Below are positions 22,522 through 34,100 of a DNA stretch of 64,000 bases, piece by piece. This DNA is from a virus. Position 1 is the first letter of the stretch; each line of letters starts with the position of its first letter. The position numbers and the translations under genes are program-made. The notes under the pieces are model-generated. The model was not told where the DNA came from. It searched no databases and worked only from the letters and a program-made list of their open reading frames with translations. The stretch lies in the IMG/VR virus record IMGVR_UViG_3300043788_000060, positions 32,001-96,000 of that record; one strand, written 5' to 3'.

Positions 22522-23179
22522 CCATGCGCCGTCTACTGTTTGACCTTTCGCTTCCGTTCGTTATCTGTTGGGGATTACTTATCTGGTTTATCGCCAACTG
22601 CGGAAATGGGGGCGATTGGCAAACATGGATGGAAGACCATCTTTCGTAGTTTGCGCGGGGAGCCTAAATACACCGGCCAAGACTCTGAGAGGGCCGGACG
22701 CGCAAAGTTTTAATGTCCGAATAATGGACAGCAGGTTGCCTTTCACAGAGGAGTCGAACCGCTGGTTTACTAGCCCTAATCTGGCGGCAAGGTTACTTTA
22801 ACAGGTTGTTCCAAGGAGCAGGACTCGCCGCAGACGATCTCTACGGAGGAGCAGTTTCTGAAGCGCAACCGGGCAACGTCATCGTAATATCCGAAACGAA
22901 TCGCGACCTGCCCTTTTTACTTCCATGCCAAATCATATCAAAAATCTCGGTATATGTGCTCTTTGCAGACAAGAGGTATTGTCAGTAATGGACCTAAAGG
23001 AGCATGTCATGGGAGATGTTAATAAAAATGGTTTGATTGGCTGGTCCGAAGGGAAAGATTTATCTCCTCTTTGAAAGCAACTTTGGTGCAGCAAATGTAT
23101 TGCTCGCATCCACCCACGGATATGTATCTGTCCACATTGCAAAGCCGCCAAACTATCCGAATAATGGACTAAGGAACTC

Positions 23180-23650
23180 ATGCCAATCGATCCGCTCGAT
23201 AGTATCCACATCACCAAAAACTTCCCAGACCACGTCCTCTTAGATATTGCTCGCAACGGTTCCGCCCAGCAAGATTACCGGTTACTCGCTGTTGAAATCC
23301 TGAACGCCCGCAAGTCTCCCAAACTACAGCATCCGGACATACAATTTCTGGTTCGTGATTTGGAAATCGAGTTGGAAGGAATTGTGTTTGAGCACCCGGC
23401 CCCCTCGGGACCGGGGCCGCTGACTGCTGGTGTGACGACCGCGACTATGTTTGCGGACGTGCCGATTCAAAACGAGTTTACGGGGTTTGAGTCCATCGAT
23501 ATGGACTCCTTGCGTGAGGATGGAATTCTTGTAGATGCTGTAACAACGGAGGTCATCTCTGACATTCCGCCGACAGAGCCCGAAGCCGTTTCGACCAAGC
23601 CGAAGAGAAATCCAAAGCCACCAAAGGATAAACCCGATGCCGCCGAATGA
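23180..23650 (+). CDS. hypothetical protein
   Basis: AAGGA SD immediately after a 15-bp motif copy. Confidence 0.7.
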   Translation: MPIDPLDSIHITKNFPDHVLLDIARNGSAQQDYRLLAVEILNARKSPKLQHPDIQFLVRDLEIELEGIVFEHPAPSGPGPLTAGVTTATMFADVPIQNEFTGFESIDMDSLREDGILVDAVTTEVISDIPPTEPEAVSTKPKRNPKPPKDKPDAAE

Positions 23651-24263
23651 TCCCGCAGTATATGTCGTCCGGCACGGGCGAACTGAACTCAACGCAACCC
23701 AAAAATTTAGAGGAAACGCCAATCCCCCTCTTGATAGTGTCGGAATAAAGCAAGCCCATAAATTAGCCAGCCTGTTCTCAAACATTCCAATCTCCCACAT
23801 CTTCTGCTCCGATAAACAGCGAGCAACTAAAACAGCCGAAATCATAGCGCAAGCCAAGGGTGGTCAGATTCACCAGTCCGAAGCCTTACGGGCTCTTAAT
23901 GTAGGAGAATTCTCCGGCAAACCCCGCAACAAAGAATCCGAAGCAGAACTTCAGCAGTATCTCGATGACCCTGATTGCTGCATACCCGGTGGAGAGTCGT
24001 TAAACGACTTTAGAGCCCGCATCAGACCCTGTCTACTAGAAGCGATAGATATTTATCTTGAGTGCGGAGTGCCTCCCATGTTGGTCGCGCATTCCTCGGT
24101 GGTTCATGAGGTTTCGAATATCGCAACAGGTAATCATAAAAAGATTCTAGTAGAGCCCGGCGGAGCAATCGCTGTGTACTGCGATGGCGGAAAAATTACC
24201 GCCGAACCAATTTTCAAACCAGTCAAGATTGAGCACGGAACACCCGCTCAGATTATCACATAA
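23637..24263 (+). CDS. histidine phosphatase (phosphoglycerate mutase family)
   Basis: VRHGRT..N, SDKQRATKTA, PGGES, LVAHS. Confidence 0.9.
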   Translation: MPPNDPAVYVVRHGRTELNATQKFRGNANPPLDSVGIKQAHKLASLFSNIPISHIFCSDKQRATKTAEIIAQAKGGQIHQSEALRALNVGEFSGKPRNKESEAELQQYLDDPDCCIPGGESLNDFRARIRPCLLEAIDIYLECGVPPMLVAHSSVVHEVSNIATGNHKKILVEPGGAIAVYCDGGKITAEPIFKPVKIEHGTPAQIIT

Positions 24264-24308
24264 TTCACAAACCCGCTCTGCGGGCATAATCAAACAAAGG
24301 AAACAATC

Positions 24309-24989
24309 ATGTCCAATCCAGCATCAATAGCGGGTTTCACGGGTTCCGGTACTGTACGCAATACGTGGCCCACGCAAACTGTGGCTACCGTCACGGAAAC
24401 AATTTTACAGATCAACACCGACGGATCGGCGGTAGGAGCCTACATAACGGTGCCTACTGGCGGTCAGTATTTGGGTGCCCAAACCAACCTTAACGTAAAC
24501 GCTAACGCCTCCATTACGGGACGTTCAGGCCGTCATTACGGCCTAGCCGCAGGCGTATCAAACGATCAATTCTCTTCTGAATCTTGGAGCGGTCGCCCGT
24601 TCTTTGTCCGGGTATCCGGAATAGGTAATGCAGGCGCTAACGCTGCTCAGTCAATTCAGGTTAACCTATATCAGGGTTCATCGGCAACCGTAGCTTCGAA
24701 CAAGAAGGTTGGAACGACCGGAACGGGCCTTGCAGCAGTGGCTGGCGGCGCGTTCAACTTCTATGTGGAAGCGGAGATGCTGTGGGACCCAACATCGCAG
24801 ATTTTGTCCGGTTCGTACACAGCAAACATTGCCTTCGGAACTACGTCACAGTTCACAACTACGACTGTTTCTCCAAGCGTTGTGGCTTCGGTAACCGCAG
24901 CAAACTTGGTGTTCAACGCAACGTTGGTTCTTGGTAACGGTGCGTCGAGCACTATCACGGTCAAGGAATTTGTGATCGACCAAATCTAA
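24309..24989 (+). CDS. putative virion structural protein, paralog of 3124..3771
   Basis: Motifs shared with 3124..3771; T/G/A-rich. Confidence 0.72.
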   Translation: MSNPASIAGFTGSGTVRNTWPTQTVATVTETILQINTDGSAVGAYITVPTGGQYLGAQTNLNVNANASITGRSGRHYGLAAGVSNDQFSSESWSGRPFFVRVSGIGNAGANAAQSIQVNLYQGSSATVASNKKVGTTGTGLAAVAGGAFNFYVEAEMLWDPTSQILSGSYTANIAFGTTSQFTTTTVSPSVVASVTAANLVFNATLVLGNGASSTITVKEFVIDQI

Positions 24990-25051
24990 AGTAACCGAGT
25001 TTCCGGCCTCGACAAAACCGGATTGTCCGAATAATGGACTACGGAGTCAAA

Positions 25052-25372
25052 ATGTCAGTTGTTATTAAGATTCTCCATGAACGGGACTGGAACGGAAGAG
25101 AGTACGCGGAAGCGGCTATCAGGGACCCCAGACTTACGTCTGACGCGATTTCCGGAGTCATCGGTTACGTTGTCGCGGCCCTTGTCAAACATCCTTCGGA
25201 TGGGGCAGTTACCCTTGAAAGGGCTATCGCTGTAACCGCCGATAACTCCGAAGACAATGAACTCGCCGAGTCAGTCGTCAAAACCATCGAACGCAAACTG
25301 AACGAGGCTTTTCCTGACCCAAATCAACAGGAAGTTCCCGAAGTCTCGCTCTGGGTACCCGATGGCAATTGA
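25052..25372 (+). CDS. hypothetical protein
   Basis: GGAG SD after a motif copy; alternative start at 25034 lies within the motif. Confidence 0.65.
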   Translation: MSVVIKILHERDWNGREYAEAAIRDPRLTSDAISGVIGYVVAALVKHPSDGAVTLERAIAVTADNSEDNELAESVVKTIERKLNEAFPDPNQQEVPEVSLWVPDGN

Positions 25373-26078
25373 GTCTGATTACGACGTACTTGACTACGAA
25401 GCTGGAGCGGACAACGAAGTTCGTGGACAAGAATGTTGTAGCTGCTTTCGACTACTCCGGTGGGAGTTCTTCGATAGAAATTCTGCCTATAAAAACGGCT
25501 ACTCTCCGCAATGTAGCTGGTGCAAGCAACAGCCCGTTCTTAGCGTAGCCGAGCACACCGCTCGTTTACGGCAGATGAACTACAACTCCGATGGAACCAA
25601 ACGTCAGAGGCACATAGATCAAGACGAGTTCCATAAAGAGCGCAAGGGCGAAGTCGTGGACTTTTCCTTGTTCCTTCAGAAACTCCACCACATCTATCCA
25701 AATCTCTATATCACCCCCGGAGCAGTAACCGTAAACGGTAAAATCGCCGATATCTCACTGTTCGCCACCAGCGGCGTAGCCAAATCCGAATGGAGAGGCC
25801 AAACCGCAAAATACATGGGATACATTACCATAGGCCCCATGCCCGAGTACAACGAGTACGAGTTCGATTCGAGAGATATTATGCTACGAGCAACTCGGAT
25901 TGGATGGAGAGATGTCCTTCTTCGGTTTATCAAGAACGGAATTTTGACCGAAGAACAATGTAACAGAGAATTTGGACCCCCGTCTGGGTTCGCAGATTCG
26001 ACCTACTGGTACAAGAAATTGCATCAGTTTAGAAATTCCAAGAAACTCGTAAACACACCTTCCGTTAGTTCGGATTGA
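25362..26078 (+). CDS. hypothetical protein with N-terminal Zn finger
   Basis: CCSC..F....GY.PQCSWC. Confidence 0.75.
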   Translation: MAIESDYDVLDYEAGADNEVRGQECCSCFRLLRWEFFDRNSAYKNGYSPQCSWCKQQPVLSVAEHTARLRQMNYNSDGTKRQRHIDQDEFHKERKGEVVDFSLFLQKLHHIYPNLYITPGAVTVNGKIADISLFATSGVAKSEWRGQTAKYMGYITIGPMPEYNEYEFDSRDIMLRATRIGWRDVLLRFIKNGILTEEQCNREFGPPSGFADSTYWYKKLHQFRNSKKLVNTPSVSSD

Positions 26079-26092
26079 ACTAGGAGCCCGAA

Positions 26093-26695
26093 ATGTCCAT
26101 AAAACCCATCAAGCCCAAATCAGATTCACCCGAAGAGCCAGTTTCAGCAAACGTTGAAATTCCCCCAGTCGTTGAAACTGCTGTAGATACTAGCGCGAAG
26201 CCCTTGTCTACCGAGCAGTTGCTTCAGATCATCGTTTCCCTGCAACAGGACAACGCCAAAGCGAACGCCGCTCTGGCCAACGCTATCTTGGAAACCACCA
26301 AGCCCCGCGAAGTTCTCAAGACTAAAGAGCAACTCGCTCGGGAAGCCAACGACAAGATTTTCGAAGAGCAAGCCAAAGAAACCAGACGGCGTCAGAGGCA
26401 AACCAAGCAAACCGAGCAAGAACAGTGCGACCACATCGCCGGTAGTCTTGGAGAGACCCGAGACGTTCACCAACGTACCTCGATTGTCTGGCACCGCACA
26501 GACGCTCAAGTGGACATCGGAATTTGCTCAACCTGCCAGCGATTGTTCCACCCCGAAGACCCGGTCGATGCCCAAGGCCACAACTATTCGTATTGGCGTC
26601 GTAAGGGCTCGTTCAACCGCATCTCCGCAGCCGGTGTCCGCCAGTTTATGGACCCGCTCCGAGCCCAACACGATTCGTTTTTGCGCGACAGCTAA
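26093..26695 (+). CDS. hypothetical protein (coiled coil plus Zn-binding)
   Basis: CDH...CSTC; AGGAG SD. Confidence 0.75.
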   Translation: MSIKPIKPKSDSPEEPVSANVEIPPVVETAVDTSAKPLSTEQLLQIIVSLQQDNAKANAALANAILETTKPREVLKTKEQLAREANDKIFEEQAKETRRRQRQTKQTEQEQCDHIAGSLGETRDVHQRTSIVWHRTDAQVDIGICSTCQRLFHPEDPVDAQGHNYSYWRRKGSFNRISAAGVRQFMDPLRAQHDSFLRDS

Positions 26696-26705
26696 CTGAG
26701 GATAT

Positions 26706-27119
26706 ATGGAAGAACTTCTTGATTATGAAAGCTGGGTACGCCAGTTCATAGAGAACCTGTTCTCCTATTTTGATATTGTTGGATGGGAACTCCGCATTGA
26801 ATTTGCTAACGCTCCATCGGAAAAACACGGGGGAAATGCCTACGCAAGTATCGATGTGGAGCCCACCTATCAAATGGCCACCATTACCTGCTTTCCAATC
26901 GTAAAAGAAGATTTTGACGAGAAGAAGATAGATGACATGGTCCAACGCCTGACTCACGAAGTCGTGCATGTTTTCCTCTCTCCGTTTCAAGAATTTGTAG
27001 AACCCCACCTCTCGACAACCACTTCTCCTTATTTCAATAAAATCCTAGAACAGCAGACGCAAAAGCTGACGATGGTTTTCTTGAAAACCCTTCCTAAAAA
27101 TCTAATCCCACCAAGGTAG
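26706..27119 (+). CDS. zincin-like metallopeptidase (HEXXH)
   Basis: LTHEVVH. Confidence 0.65.
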   Translation: MEELLDYESWVRQFIENLFSYFDIVGWELRIEFANAPSEKHGGNAYASIDVEPTYQMATITCFPIVKEDFDEKKIDDMVQRLTHEVVHVFLSPFQEFVEPHLSTTTSPYFNKILEQQTQKLTMVFLKTLPKNLIPPR

Positions 27120-27120
27120 C

Positions 27121-27837
27121 ATGGCTTCCTCCACGATCCAACTTCAGCGGACGATCAACCGCTCCTCGCAATACGCCCGCTTGGAGCCACTGACGTTTGT
27201 CTCAAATACCGCTAATGACCCGGCGTTTTCAAACGCCGATTGGGTGATGCAGACTATTTTGGCTCCCCCGTTTGCGTGGAGATGGAACAGGACCTCGGAA
27301 GGAACTCCGTCGGCCCCTGCGTTTGTCACTGAAATCGGCGTAACGGACTATCAAGTTAATCTCCCAACTTTTGGTTGGCTCGAAAAGGCTACTTTGTACG
27401 ATCCAACTTCTGGATACGCGGCTCTGGAATTGCAAGTAGAACTGATCAAGGCTATCGAAACCAACCCTATCCAACCCCAGCGTATCGCAACACAACTTGA
27501 CGACGGACAAGGAAACATAACGTTCCGATTATTCGGGTCCCCGGATCAGGTCTATAATGTTTGTCTGGAATTTCAAAACGCGGCCCAATTATTCACCGAT
27601 CCAACAAATACGTGGGCTCCTATTCCGGACTACTTATCATACATCTACAACGAAGGCATGGATTATAAGACGTTTGAATATTTGTCGGACCCCCGTATGC
27701 AGACATCTGGACAGTTGTTCTTTCAATCCCTCGCTGCGGCTTCTGAAGGGCTGACGGAATCTCAGAAAAATCTTTGGCTAAGTGACAAAATGAATACGCT
27801 CCGTCAGACTGCATCCGTTCAATCGGGGAGGGCCTAA
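27121..27837 (+). CDS. head-tail adaptor-like protein
   Basis: PFAWRWNR, PDQVY and APIPDY motifs; paralog of 40352..41443. Confidence 0.7.
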   Translation: MASSTIQLQRTINRSSQYARLEPLTFVSNTANDPAFSNADWVMQTILAPPFAWRWNRTSEGTPSAPAFVTEIGVTDYQVNLPTFGWLEKATLYDPTSGYAALELQVELIKAIETNPIQPQRIATQLDDGQGNITFRLFGSPDQVYNVCLEFQNAAQLFTDPTNTWAPIPDYLSYIYNEGMDYKTFEYLSDPRMQTSGQLFFQSLAAASEGLTESQKNLWLSDKMNTLRQTASVQSGRA

Positions 27838-28136
27838 TGGGAACAGCAACTACCGGGTTTCATCGCTTTAGTAACGTCACTGCTCGGGCTCCATACTCAA
27901 CTACCCAAGAGGTGGTTCCCGGGGCTACTATTTATGTAACTTTGACGACGACCGGAGCCGGGGCTGTTATTTATTCGGACCCGGGACTGTCTGTAGTTAT
28001 ACCGGGGTCGTTGATTACTGCCGACCCCTCGGGGTGGTACGAATATTATATTCCCCTGAATTACAACGTGACAGAAACCATTACCTCGGTTTCCGGATTG
28101 AATTTTACGATCACGAACATCGTGTCTAACACATAG
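27837..28136 (+). CDS. stand-alone fiber-attachment domain, paralog of the N-terminus of 28144..35031
   Basis: ATTGFHR..VVPGATI..IYSDP..TAD..G.Y.YYIPLNY.VTETIT aligns with the mature N-terminus of the next gene. Confidence 0.8.
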   Translation: MGTATTGFHRFSNVTARAPYSTTQEVVPGATIYVTLTTTGAGAVIYSDPGLSVVIPGSLITADPSGWYEYYIPLNYNVTETITSVSGLNFTITNIVSNT

Positions 28137-28143
28137 GATTGGA

Positions 28144-31100
28144 ATGAAGAAATTTCTTCTCATCGTCGCTTTGTTCCTCGCAATCTGTCCATTATCCGGA
28201 CTGAATGCTCAAGCCACGACCGGCTATCATCGGGTAAATCAGGTGCTGTCCCGAGCCTCTACCGGGATCAACGCTCAGGTGGTCCCCAACGCCAGAATCA
28301 CGGTTACCCAAACGGCTACCGGAACTGCGGCAACTATCTATTCCGACCCCCTGTTGTCCAACCTTATAACTCCGTCTGTAGTCACTGCCGATAACGCAGG
28401 GAACTATTCATATTATGTCCCTCTGAACTATTGTGTAACAGAAACAATCACTGCCCCCGGTCAGGGGACTCAGATAATCCCTAACATCTGTTCAAACAGC
28501 GCCAGCAGCAGTACCTTTCCTTCCCCTCCGTCATTTTCTGTACAATTCGCAAACAGCGGGTCATCGGCTTTTGATAGTGATTCGACTATTAACGTCACTC
28601 CCTCTACTCATACCCTTACTTCTCCAACGGTACAACCGGGTCAGGATGTTACCCAGAGTTCTCCTGTTATAGACATTCGCAACACTGCCTTTGCGGGCGG
28701 TGCGGTGATCGACGGCCACACCGATATTAGCCCCGCAGTGTGCGCCGCCCGTGAAAGTTGGAGCGCCTCACATCCGGGTCAAAGTCAGACAATTTTATTG
28801 GCCTGCGGCGGCGGTGGTTCATCCGCTTCTTGCTGGTGGGCTAACCCTTTGGCGAGTTGTTCTGGAAGCATAGGCAGTGATTTTAAGTACGTCCTGCAAG
28901 GCACTCTCAATGTAGGTACCACGTTGTCCGTTGGTGCGGGTGGGGCTTCTATAGGCGCGTCAGAGTTCGATGGGGAATCGGGAGAGTTTGGAACTCAATT
29001 CCAAGGCACTTTGGCGACAGCAGTAGTCAACGGTCCTCTATGTTTTGGTACGCTCGGCACCGCAATCACAACGATCAACACCCCGGTCACGGTGACGCCG
29101 ACATTTTCCGGAACGACTATCGGCGGTGCATGTTCGATTGCAAATCTTCCGGTAAATTCCGCGCTGACTATGCGCGGCATGGAAACGTCAGCGGCTACGG
29201 GTACGCGGTCTTCAACTTCACTCAGCGGAAGCGGTGGGTACGCGGTACTGACCTTATCTTCTGCCGTGCGTATTTCGGCGGGGTCGAACATTCAGGTAAC
29301 TGGCTGCTCAGACACAGCGTTCAATACCGGTACTCTGGGAACGCTGTCACAAAGCGTAGTCGCCACTCCGGATTATCCCAATCAGCAACTCGGCTATTAC
29401 ATCTCGACATCTGGTACCGGGTCATCAACAGGATGCACGGTGAAGGGGGCCAGTGACGACCGTTTTGAGACAGAGCTAGTGCAGTGCTCAAACGGCACGG
29501 CTAATCCCGGATACTCCTGCGGCGCGGGACAGATCACTTTCGTAAACGCCCATACATACGCATCGACTGACCAGTGGGGCGAAGTGGCGATGGAAAGCCC
29601 GTTCAACGACGGGGCCGGTGGAACTGGGTTGGTAATGAAGCGGATTCTAGTCCAAGGTTCCGCAGGAGCAGAATTCTTCTCCGATGAGTCCATCCATGAG
29701 ACGTTCGAGGATGATGGGTTTATTGCCTTTGGGACGCCCACTTCGATTCCTTTCGAGGCAGATTACCCGCAGAACCTCACAGTCCATTCATCGGCTTTTA
29801 ATTCGGTCAACAATGGGTATAGCACTTGCCAATCCGGTAACTGTGGGAACGTGAGTTACCCGTTCGGATTTCGCTGTACCATGATCCCGCCCAGTATCAG
29901 TTCTTATCAGGCGGGAACGTGTAACAACTCGAAAATTGATACTTACTCTCAGGTTCGCGGTGGAATCAAAGTCGATACCAACGGATTCTCTCTGAACTTC
30001 GGTATTGAGGCAGCAGCCCCGGAACTTGACCGTGTTTTAATCGAGGAGCCTGTATGGGGTGGAATTACTTTCGATACCCGAGATGGAGTCACAGGCCCGG
30101 TTTACATCAAGGATAGCTACTTACAGGATTTCGTTTCTGGGAGCACCGATCAGGCTTTTATTGCTGCGGAAAATCCGGGGGGCACTGGATATATTTTTGA
30201 GAACAATACCTACTCAGAAAATCCTTTTCTCGTCAATAAATATTGGTATAGTCCAGCAATCAGTGTGCGCGGAAACATCTCTGATCAGCTTTATACTCCG
30301 TGGCCTTATCAAGGGATAGGGGCTGTAGGGCTATTTGAGGACAATGGATTTCTCAAGGGTGAAGTTGAAGCTCCCGCATTTACTGGTTTCGAGAGTTTGC
30401 CCTTCGGTTCGCTCGCTGTAAATCAGTCGCCTGCATCTTGGACTTCGGCTTGCAGCACGAACTGTACGGTAACAACGGTTCAAGACCCCACAGGCGGTCA
30501 GAACGGCGCTAATATCGCCTCAAACTCAACCACTCATCAAACGATCCTGATTAGCATACAATCCGTATCCACCTACCCCGGCGATCAGTTTATCTTTATG
30601 GATTGGTTGCGTCCCGGTACCGGACAACTCATACCTAATGACTGGCGAGGTAACTATCCATTCCAACTCCAAACTTTGGGCACGGATACCTTTCAGAACA
30701 ACGGATGCGAAAGCGGCATTGGGTCAAATACAGCCTGCGCTACTAATTACGGACTTCCTATGTTGAACGACGACTGGGCACCTTACGTGGCTACCGCCAC
30801 TATCGGGACAGGCGAGTCAGCAGCGCACTTCATGGAGTTTAATCTCGAAAGCGGCCAATGCACGAATGGTTCGATCCTCAACTGCGGAACACAGCATTTC
30901 TGCCCGCAGTGGGCTTTTGTACCGGGGCCTAATAACCCCTCCTACACAGGTGTTTCTACGTTCGACGTGCAAATCGCCCGCATGTACAACTATCACGGTT
31001 GTGCGCCGGGCGGGTTACTTGCCGGACAGGTGGCGACTAATCAAACTGTTGTAGCCGCCCAGATTATCGATTCAGGAACCCCATCCAGCACAGCCCCGCT

Positions 31101-34100
31101 ATGTCCAAACGGTCCTAACGGTCAATTCACTACTTCTGGTTGCGTAGCTGGTGCGGTAACCTCCGTCTCCAACTCCGATGGAACTTTAACTATCTTCCCA
31201 ACAACGAGTGCGGTAGTAGCCTCTCTAAACACAAGCCACGCGAATTCATGGACCGGGTTACAGACGTTTGGAACAGATATCTCTATAGGCGGTGTAACAG
31301 CTACAGGGGCCACAGGAACTGGTAACGTCGTATTCTCGGCTGCTCCGACCTTTACCGGAACAATCACGGGGGTAAATCTTACGTTGACCGGTATTGAGTC
31401 GGGCAGCGGAAGTTCTTGCTTGCAGATCAGCACTGCCGGAGTCATCAGCAATACAGGAGCCCCCTGCGGATCGGGAAGCGGCGCGGTTAATTCTATCACC
31501 GGAGACGGCGGTATAATCACCAACAGCCTATCTACCGGTGCCGTTACTCTGACTTTAGGAGCTACAGAAGCAGGCCAGTTTATAGTGGCTTCTGGGTCGG
31601 GAACCGCCGTATGGGGAAAGCAAGTCACGCTTGGTCACCAAAATGATAGCGGCGCTTTAGCTAACGGCTCTCTTACGATTGCCGGTAGCACAACTGCGTC
31701 TGGAAATTTAACTCTTAACGGAACAGGGTCTTCTCCCGGACAGATGTCGTTATTCCTTAATTCTGCCGGAACTATTATGGATTTGGGAAGCACCAACGCC
31801 ACGGTATCGGCAGCCGGGGCCTATGTTGGAACGAATGTAACTGATTCAGCACTAAACGTGGCTGGATTGGTAACTAACTCGTCTGCTGGACTTCTAGGAA
31901 CAGAAGCTAATTGTACTATCGCACAAGGATGTACGAACGCAACTAGTGCGACGGCGGGTACAGTTCCTAACGCTACTAGCGGGACTGCGTCTAGCTGGAC
32001 CCCAACTCCTGCGTTGGGAACAGACAACAGTGTGTCCGGAACTCTACAACTTTCGAATAACACCGCAAACGCCCACTCAATTCTCGGAAGCGCGGCTACG
32101 ACAAGCAACACGGTCAAGTTATTTGCTACCACTCCTACAAATCTGGATTTGATCTATTGTGCCAGTTCTGGAGGAGTATGCACGCTAACCGACGCCGGTT
32201 ATGCCTACAACTCAATTCCATTAGCTGATATTGCTTCACAATCAGCCAATATCATAGTTGGAACCACAACCAGCGGTAGTCCCGTAGCTCTGTCCGCTCC
32301 TTCTTGTTCAGGGGCAACTAACGCTCTAATTTGGACAACTGGAACGGGTTTTGGTTGCAACACAATCACCACAAGCAGTGTTGCTTTCTCTGGGCTCACC
32401 TCCTCGACCAATACCACAGCAGCTATGGTCGTTGGAACCGGAGCAAGTCTGTCTACCTCCGGATCGGGAACTATCGTAGCCACAAGCAGTCCATTTTCCG
32501 GACTAACTACCTCTACAAATACTACGGCTACCATGACTGTCGGAACTGGGGCAACTATTACCTATTCCGGGTCGGCGGTGATAAACTCCACCGCAGTAGA
32601 ATCGGCTGGAGCTATTACAACTAACGCAACTTATTATTTCCCGATTATATCTTCAAGTTCGTCCGGAAACTACGAGTTGAATGCTGTAGCTGGTCTAACA
32701 ATTAACCCGTCAACCGGGTCTATGGATGTTCCTTCGGGCATCGCAACTGGCGGACTATCCAACACAATCTCCGGGGGAACAGCAGGATTCTATGGTCCAA
32801 TAGAAGGAACCGCTCCCACTGCTATAACGGGCTCTGGCAATTTTGATATCATCTATGCGGATTCGACTCTGCACGCCGACATGGAGTGCCCGGAGTCTAA
32901 TTCAACCGCCGTGACTACATGCCTGCCCGTTGCCTTGATGCCAGCTACGAGCACGGCTGGGGATGTGGTGTATAGCACTAACTCAAACGGGTATAACCTA
33001 TCGGATGCTGGATACCCATACAACGCAATCCCCAACGCCGATCTTGCTCATTCTGCAATAACCATCGCAGGCACCTCAGTATCTTTGGGTGGATCAACTA
33101 CTTCGCTCCCGAGTCCCGGCGTAATCGGCGGAACAACCCCGGCGGCGGCTACCTTCACGGCTCTGACCGCCAACACGAGTCTCGTAATCAACGGCGGAAC
33201 GGCTCAAACTGGAACACAAGGCACTGATACAAAGCTACTGACAGCCGGAACTATAAGCGGTACCAGTATACTTCTTTGCACGGATGCAAACGGCGGAGCA
33301 ACCACCACAAGCTGCCCGAGCGGTGGTTCTGGGGTTGTGTCAGCCGCTGCACAATACGATATCGCATACTACACTCAGTCGGGGACTACAGCACAAGTCG
33401 GCGGAGCGGCAATTAGTGGTTTCCAATTCGATTCAACTTCCGGAGCACCAGCCGCGGCTACCGCAGCGCAACTTGGAACTCTGGCTGCTATTGCAACTGG
33501 AGATTTGGTCTACAGCGGAGGAACGTCATCGGCGCTCCAAGGAAGCGCAGACTTCACGATTTCATCGCATACTCTGACTGGAGGATCAAACGCTATCTTC
33601 GATATGAGTGCTGGCGTGAACGTGAAACTGCCGGTCACCGCTTCTTACACTAGCGCAGCCAATGGCGAACAGGGTTACGACTCAACAAATAAGAATTGGC
33701 ATATATGGGGAAACGCTGTTGATAATTTCAATGTGATCGTACCGGTATCAACATCGATCACGAACGGCCACTGTTCTCAATGGTCTCTATCAGGCGGTGT
33801 GCTGACGCTCATCGATGCTGGTTCAACGTGTGGCTCGGACTCCGGTGGAGGAATATCGGGGTGGTCTGGAACACCGTTAACCTTTATTTCAAGCACTACA
33901 CAATATGCTCCCCCAGTGGGCGGAGGCTTGACCGCCACTTCCGAATCGACGGCAGACGTAGCTGCGCCTGCTGCCGAAACTATCTCCAGCCTTGCTGTAA
34001 GTCTTAGTGCGGCCTTGGGCGCTGGTGCAACACTCCAAGTCACCTTCCGAGATAACGGCGCGTCAACGGCGCTTACTTGCACTACAGCATCGGGTGGAAC

